Source: Candidatus Wolframiiraptor gerlachensis
GTDB lineage: Archaea > Thermoproteota > Nitrososphaeria_A > Caldarchaeales > Wolframiiraptoraceae
Length of the DNA stretch: 64,000 nucleotides
Assembly: GCA_021323375.2 (NCBI GenBank)
Contig: JAJPCT020000022.1
Location: 38,411-102,410 of the forward strand
Direction of reading: 5' to 3'
The position numbers were made by a program, and so were the translations under genes. The notes under the pieces are model-generated. The model did not search any database. It saw nothing but the letters and a program-made list of their open reading frames with translations, and had not been told where the DNA came from. This document shows positions 29,208 through 38,065 of this stretch, piece after piece; within the stretch, counting starts at the first letter, position 1, and the number at the start of each line of letters is the position of its first letter.

Positions 29208-30017
29208 ATGCCGCTTATGCCGCTGCACGCTTATTCGACGATGTTCTATACTTGTCTGCCGCCGTTAAAGGCTATCGAGAGGATTATGAATCATGGTCTA
29301 TTGGCTGAGCTCTCCTATGATAACCTTGCCATCCTTGGAGGAGCGTTTATGGAGGACATGTATATCGTCGAGCTTCTCAGGGTGTCGAGCGATCTTAGAG
29401 GCCACATTAGAGCCATCCACATGCCTTATGATGAGCTTGATCCCCAGAGAGCATTAAGTGAGCCCGGATATAGGAGGTTCTTTAAGTGGCTTAACTTGGC
29501 TCGAAGGCTTGAGATTGGGCTCGCGGTCATCCATACGCTGAGAATTGATAGAGGCCATGAGAATGCCTTGAGGCTGAATCTCGAGTTCTTGGAGGGGATC
29601 GTCGAGGAAGCTGAGGAGAGCGGGATCGTGGTGGCTGTGGAGAATAGATTGGAGAGGGCATGGTACGGCTCAAGTCCACGTGACCTGCTCGCGATAATAG
29701 AGGGTCTCGGCGGGAGGGTGAGGATATGCTTGGATCTGGGTCATGCACATATAAATGGTAATCTTGAGGAGTCCTTGCAGGCGCTGGGCAGGCACATGGC
29801 CGCCATGCACGTGCATGATAATGACGGGGTTAAGGATCTGCATAAGCCGCCCTACACCGGGACCATAAGATGGAGCCTGGTAGAGAACTGGATAACAAGG
29901 GTGAGGTTCGATGGAGTCCTCGTATTCGAGGTCTCATGTAAGGGCGATATACAGACATGTGATAGGCTTGTCGAGGAAGTGAAGTCCTCGCCCATAGCCA
30001 ATATCCAGCCGCGATAA
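29208..30017 (+). CDS. Sugar phosphate isomerase/epimerase (AP endonuclease 2 TIM barrel)
   Basis: AVEN, CLDLGHA, HVHDNDG.DLH and FE motifs. Confidence 0.85.
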   Translation: MPLMPLHAYSTMFYTCLPPLKAIERIMNHGLLAELSYDNLAILGGAFMEDMYIVELLRVSSDLRGHIRAIHMPYDELDPQRALSEPGYRRFFKWLNLARRLEIGLAVIHTLRIDRGHENALRLNLEFLEGIVEEAEESGIVVAVENRLERAWYGSSPRDLLAIIEGLGGRVRICLDLGHAHINGNLEESLQALGRHMAAMHVHDNDGVKDLHKPPYTGTIRWSLVENWITRVRFDGVLVFEVSCKGDIQTCDRLVEEVKSSPIANIQPR

Positions 30018-30074
30018 GGGGTCAGTGCTGGGAGCAACAGGCATCAATCAATCAGTGGAGGTCTCATCATCCCC
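30018..30074 (-). ncRNA. Box C/D sRNA candidate
   Basis: Minus strand GGGG-ATGATGA-gacctcca-CTGA-ttgat-TGATGC-ctgttgctcccagca-CTGA-CCCC: consensus C, D' and D boxes with a 4-bp terminal stem. Confidence 0.8.
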
Positions 30075-30131
30075 AAAACCCGTATATAACCTGTCGGAGG
30101 AGGTTAAAGATCTTACCACTCAATCTTTCAG

Positions 30132-31010
30132 CTAAGTGCTTGATTTTCTGAGACTCCTTGTAAGAGCCAGTAATACGATTGCTAGAATTATGAGAGCCGT
30201 GGAATTTAACGCTAAAACCATCAACATCATCTGCTCCATGTATTGAGATCCATTTTGTGAGAATGTTTCTTGAGCAATGTTATCAGCCCTCTGTGGGGGG
30301 AGATTCACCATGCATGCGGAGAAGATCTTCATGTAGTTGCCTGACGTATCTACGGACTCTGGGCTCAGCTTCTTCGAGCTAATGACGAGATAGAATTCCT
30401 CACCAGAGATTATTGGGAAATCTTGCGTGAACACGTTGATATCATTTATGAAGAATCTGATGACCCCCCTATTATTTACCTCCGAGTAAATCGCCTTGAG
30501 GGTATAGGTCTTCTCAACCCCGATGGGTATATTCTCAAGCCTGAACTCCTTGAAGAACTCCGGTATCCTCGGCGACTGGATGTATCCATTGATCGTGGAT
30601 GACTTCTGCCTTATGACGAAGCCGAACTCATCCCCAGTAAAGACCCTTGTATCATCCGTGACGAATATCGCGAACTCGTCTCTATCACTCTGCGACGGGT
30701 TCTCGATGTATAGGCTGATCCTGGCTGATAGGGCGAAGGTCTTTCCAGCCTCGATAGCCTTGAGGGACAGCGCGTCTTGGTAGACGTTTGAGGCTCTGCT
30801 ACCCGTGAAGACATAATGGTCGCCATTGAATGATGGTAGGGGCCCGGCCGTGTTATACCACTTAAAGTTCCGATCATACGCTGTTGTCGTGTCGAGGCAT
30901 AGGTCTCTAAGCTGATTATCCCCGTGGGCCATGGGCATAATGATGAGGAGTGATAGAGCAAGTAGTAGGATCAGCCTAGCTCGCGACAATCTCCACACGC
31001 TGCCTCTCAA
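30132..31010 (-). CDS. Secreted, C-terminally anchored hypothetical protein (beta-rich ectodomain)
   Basis: Signal peptide, beta-strand-rich core, C-terminal TM plus basic tail. Confidence 0.7.
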   Translation of the reverse strand: MRGSVWRLSRARLILLLALSLLIIMPMAHGDNQLRDLCLDTTTAYDRNFKWYNTAGPLPSFNGDHYVFTGSRASNVYQDALSLKAIEAGKTFALSARISLYIENPSQSDRDEFAIFVTDDTRVFTGDEFGFVIRQKSSTINGYIQSPRIPEFFKEFRLENIPIGVEKTYTLKAIYSEVNNRGVIRFFINDINVFTQDFPIISGEEFYLVISSKKLSPESVDTSGNYMKIFSACMVNLPPQRADNIAQETFSQNGSQYMEQMMLMVLALNSTALIILAIVLLALTRSLRKSST

Positions 31011-32790
31011 TGCTTATCGGCTCCCTTATATCATCATCCTTCCTTATGACCTCGAAGCCCTTTGGAGGTCTTATGAGGGCATACCATGGCGCGAGGGCCT
31101 CGAGCACCATCCCGCCGATTATCGCGGCTATTTTCCTGAATTTTCCCGCTAAGCTGCCATTCCTTTCCCGGCCGGCGATATAGATCTCATTTAAGCCGTA
31201 TCCGGCTGAATAGTAGCGGTATAGCGAGTACCATGTGAAGCCTGCTATGAAGCCTGAGCCGGGAAATAGTCCCCCAGTTGGGTGTATAAGCGCTAGGATG
31301 AATGCCATGAGGGAAGGTAATCCCGAGAGCCAGCTAACCATGCCGTATAGGGCTGTAAGGCGAAACCTAGGCTTGATCCTCTTATCGCGTATTATCTGCA
31401 TGGCTCCATAAGCCCATCGCCTCCTCTGCTTTAGGAGGCCCCTCGCTGATAGGGGCGGCTTCTCGTAGCCGAAGCCCTTCAAAATCGTTTTTCCGGGCTT
31501 ATGCTTCTGCCACATCATTAAGCCGAACATCCAGTCCTCCGTCCTCACATCGCCGAAATCCCACCCTATACCCACCTCTATATCCGCCCTCACTAGCAAG
31601 TGTGAGCCATGATGGCCGAATGAGAGCTTTCCATTAGTCTTCGTAGTAAAGAGTATCCTGAAGTCGTCATAGCTTCGAGAAGGCTCTTGGGCCCTTGATG
31701 GAGTATATGTCAGCGAGTCCGAGTAGTTTATCACCCCGGCCGCGTAAATATCGTTTTCATCGGCGTTTGCTATGTAATCCATAATACCGAGGACCGTATC
31801 TTCACCTACCTTGGTCTCATCGTCCTGATGGTATATCCAAGTGTCCCGATTCGCCAACCCCTCCTCGACCAACACCTTATGAGCGTAAGTTAACGCCCTC
31901 GCCTTGTAGCGTGTCCCATTAGGCGTGCTGAAATCCCGTGGTACGATGATTATCCTCGAGCCCATCGAGGCTAGCTTCTCATATTCCTCCAAGTTCGCCT
32001 CATAATCCTCCTGCTCACAGACTATCCACTGGGAGATCCTGACAGCCTTGCCGTAGTTCAGCTCAAATATGTCCTTCCAGAAGATCACGGATTCGGCGCT
32101 TGTCTTGACTGTGCTGAAACTCCCGCTCTTAGTCGGGAGAATGAAGATCACATGCTTCCCCCTCAAGCGGTCAATATTCCTTGAAAAAGCCCTCTCATCC
32201 AGCAGAAAGTCCTCCTTCTTGAATGAGAGGTAGCCGATGTTCTGGAGCATGAGATGCGGCGTGCCTATCAGCCAGCTATACTTCATCACATGAATCGGCA
32301 TGCTTAGCGGTGATGTGAGGATGGGCACTCCGGAGATCACGGAGCCAACTAGAAAGGAGAAGCCGAGCATGTCTATTAGATGAGCGTGCTTCACCCCAAA
32401 GATCTTCTCGATGGATCGATTATAATTTTGTACGGTGTATTGTAGGAATATCGGTGCGTTGTTATTATGGCTTCCGTTATCCAGCTGATACTCTTTAAAA
32501 TTATTGACTCCGCCGCGGTTGTTTAGCAGGATCATGGTCGCGGCCATGGAGAAGAGCGATAAGTCCATGAGCATTATTATCGAGGCTAGGGGAGCACCTC
32601 TCACAAGCCCATAAAATCCCTCGAAGACGGAATTCACATAAAGCGACCAAGGCCTGAGATAGGGCAATCCATCCGTTATTAAAAGCGCTGGAACAAGAAT
32701 TGAGGTCAGCAATATCGCGAAATTCCAGAAAAGCGCCCTAAAAACTAGCTTAAACAGGTTTCCACAACCCTTACGAACCACTTTTTTCAA
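30976..32790 (-). CDS. GT2 family glycosyltransferase, multi-TM (egghead-like)
   Basis: YKARAL, HQDDET, HGSHLL, TED and QRRRW motifs. Confidence 0.85.
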   Translation of the reverse strand: MKKVVRKGCGNLFKLVFRALFWNFAILLTSILVPALLITDGLPYLRPWSLYVNSVFEGFYGLVRGAPLASIIMLMDLSLFSMAATMILLNNRGGVNNFKEYQLDNGSHNNNAPIFLQYTVQNYNRSIEKIFGVKHAHLIDMLGFSFLVGSVISGVPILTSPLSMPIHVMKYSWLIGTPHLMLQNIGYLSFKKEDFLLDERAFSRNIDRLRGKHVIFILPTKSGSFSTVKTSAESVIFWKDIFELNYGKAVRISQWIVCEQEDYEANLEEYEKLASMGSRIIIVPRDFSTPNGTRYKARALTYAHKVLVEEGLANRDTWIYHQDDETKVGEDTVLGIMDYIANADENDIYAAGVINYSDSLTYTPSRAQEPSRSYDDFRILFTTKTNGKLSFGHHGSHLLVRADIEVGIGWDFGDVRTEDWMFGLMMWQKHKPGKTILKGFGYEKPPLSARGLLKQRRRWAYGAMQIIRDKRIKPRFRLTALYGMVSWLSGLPSLMAFILALIHPTGGLFPGSGFIAGFTWYSLYRYYSAGYGLNEIYIAGRERNGSLAGKFRKIAAIIGGMVLEALAPWYALIRPPKGFEVIRKDDDIREPISIERQRVEIVAS

Positions 32791-32925
32791 CGAATCATCT
32801 CCAACTCCTATAACCCAGTTATACTACCTGCTGGCACTATAAAAGGATTGAAAAAGCCTCCCAGCTCCTAGGGGGCATGGAGATCTTCATAAGACCCATT
32901 TACTGGAGCATTAATTGAGGGCCTC

Positions 32926-33420
32926 ATGGTGGGCTGGAAGGAGGAGCTTAGGCGGATTATCGAGGGCTCGCTTGCTGGCGAGGGGGATCTGATGCTGATC
33001 GGTATAGGCAATCCGCTTAGAGGGGATGATGGAGTGGGAGTCGAGATCGTGAGAATTTTAATGCAATCCTTGAGAAATGAGAAGGTGAAGGTGCTTATTG
33101 TGGAGGATAGGGTTGATCTTATACCGAGAATGCTAAGGGACGTGAATCCTAGGATAATCCTGATCTTTGATGCAGCGGATTTCGGGGGCAGCCCCGGGGA
33201 GATTAGGATCATGAGCCCGGATGAAGCATCTGGGAAGACAACATCGACACATGATATGCCATTGAATCTTATGCTGAGGCTTGCGGAGAAAGACGCGCCA
33301 GCATACGTTCTGGGAATACAGGTGGAGACCTTGGAATTTGGAAGAGGCGTTAGCCCGGCGGTTAAGGCGGCGGCGGACGAGATTGCAAACTTCCTATTAA
33401 ACCTCCTCGCTAGGTTATGA
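32926..33420 (+). CDS. hycI: Hydrogenase maturation protease (HycI-like)
   Basis: GIGNPLRGDDGVG, DAADFG and STHDMPL. Confidence 0.92.
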   Translation: MVGWKEELRRIIEGSLAGEGDLMLIGIGNPLRGDDGVGVEIVRILMQSLRNEKVKVLIVEDRVDLIPRMLRDVNPRIILIFDAADFGGSPGEIRIMSPDEASGKTTSTHDMPLNLMLRLAEKDAPAYVLGIQVETLEFGRGVSPAVKAAADEIANFLLNLLARL

Positions 33421-33496
33421 TATTACCGCGTTATGAGCTCTACATGTGTGGAGACTAAACTTAAATTTGGGTTACCAAGTTATAGTGATGATCTTT

Positions 33497-33826
33497 ATGG
33501 AGGATCTTGTGATCGCACTTATCGTTACATTTCTCGTGGTCCTCGGCCTCTATCTTCTTGGTGGTAGGCTTTCTGTTAAGGCTCCTAAGAGTAGGATGAA
33601 GCTTGAGCCTTATGCTTGTGGTGAGAGCCTTCCTCCCGCTAGGAGCCCGGTGAGGTTGCTGTTTTTCAACTTCGCTGCATTATTCATGGTTTTTGATGTT
33701 ATCGCGCTCTTCCTCGCATTCACGATAAATGTCCCACCTGCGTATAAGCCGGGTATAATCAGCCTCCTCCTAATCTATGGGCTCGTGCTCGGGATAGCTA
33801 TCCAGCTACTGGGAAGGAGGAGATGA
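33497..33826 (+). CDS. nuoA: NuoA-like membrane subunit
   Basis: KLEPYACGE and FAALFMVFDV; 3 TMs. Confidence 0.8.
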   Translation: MEDLVIALIVTFLVVLGLYLLGGRLSVKAPKSRMKLEPYACGESLPPARSPVRLLFFNFAALFMVFDVIALFLAFTINVPPAYKPGIISLLLIYGLVLGIAIQLLGRRR

Positions 33827-33832
33827 GCTTAG

Positions 33833-34273
33833 ATGGGTCTCGTCGAGAAGTTCGTGAGAAAATGTAGGGCAAGAAGCCCCTGGATACTTCTATTCGACAC
33901 TGGGGCATGTAATGCATGTGATATCGAGATAGCTGCATGCCTGACCCCACGCTATGATGTTGAAAGGTTCGGTGTTCTTGCGCGTGGAAGCCCGAGGCAC
34001 GCAGATATACTCATTGTGACAGGCCCCGTTACTAGGCAGGCGAGAGACAGGCTTATCAGGATATATGAGCAGATGCCTGAGCCCAAGTATGTTGTCGCCG
34101 CTGGGACGTGCGCGACGAGCGGCGGAGTATATTGGGGCTGCTATAACACTTACCCCAGCCTCGACTCCGTTATACCCGTCCATGCCTATGTCTCGGGCTG
34201 CCCCGTGAAGCCAGAAGCAATCCTGAAGGCGATCAGCATACTGGTCGAGAAGATTGAGAGGGGGGAGGTTTAG
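33833..34273 (+). CDS. Group 4 hydrogenase small subunit (NuoB/MbhJ-like)
   Basis: GACNACDIE, SPRHAD, GTCATSGG and GCP. Confidence 0.92.
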   Translation: MGLVEKFVRKCRARSPWILLFDTGACNACDIEIAACLTPRYDVERFGVLARGSPRHADILIVTGPVTRQARDRLIRIYEQMPEPKYVVAAGTCATSGGVYWGCYNTYPSLDSVIPVHAYVSGCPVKPEAILKAISILVEKIERGEV

Positions 34274-34275
34274 GG

Positions 34276-34746
34276 TTGAGCGAGGAGGATATTCTAAGGA
34301 AGATAACTGAGAGGTTTGGTGAGAGGGTTCTCGAGGCTAAGATCCTCGGGAGGAGAAGGATCTCGATCCTCGTTTCACCCGACGCTTACAAGGATGCCGT
34401 GAAGTATGTAGCGCATGATCTTGAGTTGGAATTCCTAAGCTGCTTGAGTGGAGTGGATCGGGGGGATAGCTTGGAGGTCGTGGCGCATCTGGGATTCTCC
34501 ACTCAAGTCCTCATTAAAACCCGTATTCCGAAGGATAATCCCGTCATAGATTCGATAACCGATGTTCTCCCGGCCGCGAACCTGTATGAGCGGGAGGCGC
34601 ATGATCTGCTCGGCATAGTTTTCAGGGGTCACCCTAATCTCAGGAGAGTCTTCCTGCCCGAGGATTGGCCCAAGGGCATCTATCCGTTGAGGAAGGACTA
34701 TGCGCCGGAGCATCCAAAGCCGCTTAGAGGAGGCGAGAGTGGATGA
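34276..34746 (+). CDS. NuoC/MbhK-like subunit
   Basis: EREAHDLLGIVFRGHP…YPLRKD. Confidence 0.9.
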   Translation: MSEEDILRKITERFGERVLEAKILGRRRISILVSPDAYKDAVKYVAHDLELEFLSCLSGVDRGDSLEVVAHLGFSTQVLIKTRIPKDNPVIDSITDVLPAANLYEREAHDLLGIVFRGHPNLRRVFLPEDWPKGIYPLRKDYAPEHPKPLRGGESG

Positions 34747-35936
34747 GCTTCGAGATACCGATTGGCCCGCAACACCCGATACATGTCGAGCCTCTGATGC
34801 TGAGGCTCAGCGTTGAAGGCGAGCTAATAGTGGATGTTGATGTTGATGTCAGCTATATTCACAGGGGGATCGAGAAGGCCCTTGAGGTCCGGCCATACAT
34901 TCAGGGGCTCTATCTCGTCGAGAGGATATGTGGGATATGTAATGCCGCCCACTCCCTCTGCTACTGCCTCAACGTGGAGCAGCTTCTCGGGAAAGAAGCT
35001 CCTCCGAGGGCCAAGTATCTCAGGATTGTCGTGGAGGAGCTTAGCAGGATTCACAGCCACCTCCTCTGGCTCGGCCACTACTTCCACACGCTAGGCTTCG
35101 AGACCCTCTTCATGTACTTCTGGAGGGATAGGGAGAGGGTCATGGACATGCTCGAGCTCATTACGGGCAATAGGGTCACCACGGCCTATAACACGATAGG
35201 GGGTGTGAGGAGGGATCTAACGCCGGAGGTAGAGCAGAAGCTCAGAAGAACACTCGACTACATCGAGGAGAGGATGCGCTATTATGAGAAGGTGATAGAC
35301 TCGGAACCGACGATCCTCGCGAGGACTCAGGGTGTTGGGATTCTAAAGCCTAGTGATGCGGTGAGACTTGGTGTTGTCGGCCCCCATCTAAGAGCATCGG
35401 GAATAAAGCATGATGTTAGGCTGGATGACCCGTATAGCGGCCATGACGAGATCCCGTTCAACGTGATCACGTGGGATACATGCGACTGCTATGCTAGGGT
35501 GAAGGTTAGGGTTAAAGAGGTCCATGAATGCGTGAACATGATCCGCTATGCACTTGATCATATGCCGTCTGGCGATTATAGGCTGAAGATACCACCATTC
35601 TTCAAGGCCCCTCCGGGCGAGTCATTGTCAAGAGTTGAGGCGCCGAGGGGCGAGCTAGTCCACTACTCGATCTCGGATGGCAGTGATAGGCCGTATAGGT
35701 ATAGGGTGAGGACACCGACGCTCGCGAACCTATTATCCGTTGTTGAGATGCTGAAGAGCAGGGATGGCTACGAGGTCTATATAGCTGATGTCCCGGCAAT
35801 CCTAGGCGGCATAGACCCTTGCATATGTTGTAGCGCGAGGGTCGTGGTCGCGGATGAGGCGAGGAGGAGGCGGACAGTCATGACTCTCGATGACATCATA
35901 AGGATCTCGCGTGATAGGGGGGTTGAGAGAAGATGA
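34743..35936 (+). CDS. Group 4 [NiFe]-hydrogenase large subunit
   Basis: Ni-binding ERICGIC (L1) and DPCICC (L2) both intact, followed by a cleavable C-terminal extension. Confidence 0.93.
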   Translation: MSFEIPIGPQHPIHVEPLMLRLSVEGELIVDVDVDVSYIHRGIEKALEVRPYIQGLYLVERICGICNAAHSLCYCLNVEQLLGKEAPPRAKYLRIVVEELSRIHSHLLWLGHYFHTLGFETLFMYFWRDRERVMDMLELITGNRVTTAYNTIGGVRRDLTPEVEQKLRRTLDYIEERMRYYEKVIDSEPTILARTQGVGILKPSDAVRLGVVGPHLRASGIKHDVRLDDPYSGHDEIPFNVITWDTCDCYARVKVRVKEVHECVNMIRYALDHMPSGDYRLKIPPFFKAPPGESLSRVEAPRGELVHYSISDGSDRPYRYRVRTPTLANLLSVVEMLKSRDGYEVYIADVPAILGGIDPCICCSARVVVADEARRRRTVMTLDDIIRISRDRGVERR

Positions 35937-36898
35937 TCGAGAAGATCTTGGCTACGATATTCTTCCCGGGAGCGGTCTTCTTGCTCGCGGTCTCGCTCTT
36001 CTATGAGTGGGTTGATCGGAAGCTCTATGCTAGGTTTCAGAATAGGGTTGGGCCTCACTTGGCGGGCCCCTTCGGGCTCCTTCAGCCGGTTGCCGACTTC
36101 ATCAAGCTCCTCTCTAAGGAGGATATTGTCCCGATGGCGGCTGATAGGCTTCTCTTCACACTGACGCCGATACTTGCTTCAGCCCTTACACTCTTTGCTT
36201 GCATGTTTCTCCCGATAGCCGGGCCAACAGGCATAATCTCATTCGAAGGCGATCTGATAGTCGTTATAGCCCTCCTCTCAATCTACACGATAACAGTTTA
36301 TCTCGCCGGTGAGGGTTCGAACAATAGGTTCGCCTCGATAGGAGCCGAAAGAGCAGCTCTCCAGCTAATAGGATACGAGATTCCCCTGACACTCAGCCTC
36401 CTGAGCGCCGCCATCGCCGCCGGCTCGCTCAGCGTTGGCGGGATAGTTGAGGCGCAGGCTGAGAGAGGCCTCTGGCTCATCGTAGGCCCACAGAGCATAG
36501 GCTTCGCAATCTTCGTCATATCCTCTCAGGCCGAGATGAAGAGGATACCATTCGACATACCAGAGGCCGAGCAGGAGATAGTCGCGGGATGGGAGGTCGA
36601 GTATGGCGGGAGAAGGCTCGCATTATTCAGGCTCTCAAAGGATCTTGAGCTCATCCTGCTCTCAGGCCTCGGCGCGGCGATATTCCTCGGAGGCCCAATA
36701 GGGCCCGTTATCCCGGGACTCGAGCCAATGCTATACACGATCTATTTCATCCTAAAGTCCCTAATCGTCCTCGCGATCTTCACGCTTGTTAGGGCGCTCT
36801 TTGCGAGGCTCAGGATAGATCAGATGGAGTTCTTCTCGTGGAAATACCTGATGCCCTTGGCCGTGATACTCATAATCCTGACGGAGGTGATTTTGTGA
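35933..36898 (+). CDS. nuoH: NuoH/MbhM-like membrane subunit
   Basis: RVGP…GLLQPVADFIKLLSKE, PFDIPEAEQE and ARLRIDQ. Confidence 0.92.
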   Translation: MIEKILATIFFPGAVFLLAVSLFYEWVDRKLYARFQNRVGPHLAGPFGLLQPVADFIKLLSKEDIVPMAADRLLFTLTPILASALTLFACMFLPIAGPTGIISFEGDLIVVIALLSIYTITVYLAGEGSNNRFASIGAERAALQLIGYEIPLTLSLLSAAIAAGSLSVGGIVEAQAERGLWLIVGPQSIGFAIFVISSQAEMKRIPFDIPEAEQEIVAGWEVEYGGRRLALFRLSKDLELILLSGLGAAIFLGGPIGPVIPGLEPMLYTIYFILKSLIVLAIFTLVRALFARLRIDQMEFFSWKYLMPLAVILIILTEVIL

Positions 36899-36900
36899 GC

Positions 36901-37251
36901 ATGAAGGTTCCAGGCCGCCTTCTAGCAGAAGCCCTAAAAAACCTCTTCAGGAAGAGGGCCACGATACTCTACCCATACAGGGAGCTTGACAAGATACATC
37001 TGCCGGAGGGATTCAGGGGCAGGATAGAGTTTGATAGAGCAAAGTGCATCGGGTGCCAGCTCTGCTTCAGGGTCTGCCCAGCAAAAGCCATAGAGATAAT
37101 CGAGGATGAGAAGGGCAAGAGACCCATCTTCTACATTTACAGATGCATATACTGCGCTCAGTGCGTGGAAGTCTGCCCAACTAAGGCGATTAGCATGAGC
37201 AAGATCTTCGAGAATATCGCTCTAAGGAAGGAGGATATGGTGGTGAGATAA
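36901..37251 (+). CDS. nuoI: NuoI/MbhN-like 2[4Fe-4S] subunit
   Basis: CIGCQLCFRVCP and CIYCAQCVEVCP. Confidence 0.92.
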   Translation: MKVPGRLLAEALKNLFRKRATILYPYRELDKIHLPEGFRGRIEFDRAKCIGCQLCFRVCPAKAIEIIEDEKGKRPIFYIYRCIYCAQCVEVCPTKAISMSKIFENIALRKEDMVVR

Positions 37252-37490
37252 TGGCCGCGATACACATCGCGATGATAATCATTACCATAGTGTTCACGGT
37301 GCTGGCCGCGGAGCTGAGGGATATGATGAAGGCCATACTCGCATTCATGTGCGCGAACATCGCGATGGCCGCGATATTCTATCTCCTCGGAGCACCTTAT
37401 CTCAGCGTCTTCCAGCTGCTGATATACGCTGGTGCGGTCACGATACTCCTCCTAGCGACGATACATGCAGGGGAGGAGAGAGGTGACTAG
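37251..37490 (+). CDS. NuoJ N-terminal half / MbhD-like subunit
   Basis: LGAPYLSVFQLLIYAGAV. Confidence 0.8.
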   Translation: MAAIHIAMIIITIVFTVLAAELRDMMKAILAFMCANIAMAAIFYLLGAPYLSVFQLLIYAGAVTILLLATIHAGEERGD

Positions 37491-37491
37491 G

Positions 37492-37737
37492 ATGGAGGCC
37501 ACGAGGATTGTTGCCGCTATACTTGCGGTAATCCTTGCGGCGGCGCTTCTAGCCTACTCCCCGAGGATAATTGAGGACATTAGGGCCCCGAGCCTCGAGC
37601 CCACGAGGATCGAGGATAATCCGCAGTTTCTCTGGGCTAATAGGTGGCTCGACCTACTAATCCAGGCATTCATACTCTTCGCGGTGATCGTGGCTATCTC
37701 ATCCCAACTTAGGAGGGATTTGAGGTCAAGGTGGTGA
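37492..37737 (+). CDS. NuoJ C-terminal half / MbhE-like subunit
   Basis: LWANRWLDLLIQAFILF; two TMs; operon position. Confidence 0.7.
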   Translation: MEATRIVAAILAVILAAALLAYSPRIIEDIRAPSLEPTRIEDNPQFLWANRWLDLLIQAFILFAVIVAISSQLRRDLRSRW

Positions 37738-37744
37738 GCGCTGT

Positions 37745-38065
37745 ATGAACCTTTACGAGATATACTTCGCTGGATCCCTTCTCCTAATCGCCGCCGGCCT
37801 CTACATAATCGCGTCCAAGAGACATCTCGTCAAGATAGTGATAGGATTGGAGGTCGTAACTCTCGGAGTGAATCTCGCGATAGCCTCGATGGGGATAAGG
37901 ATAATGGACGGCGTGATAGTGATGGATGCCCTAGCCCAGAGCATGATCGCGATCTCGATAGCCGTGGCGGCGGCGATCGCGGCGCTCGCGCTATCCATAG
38001 CCCTAAACATCTACAGGCATTATGGGACATTCGATATCAGGAAGCTTAGGAGGTTGAGGTGGTGA
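37745..38065 (+). CDS. nuoK: NuoK/MnhC-like subunit
   Basis: KIVIGLE…GVNL…IYRHYGT.DIRKLRRL. Confidence 0.85.
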   Translation: MNLYEIYFAGSLLLIAAGLYIIASKRHLVKIVIGLEVVTLGVNLAIASMGIRIMDGVIVMDALAQSMIAISIAVAAAIAALALSIALNIYRHYGTFDIRKLRRLRW

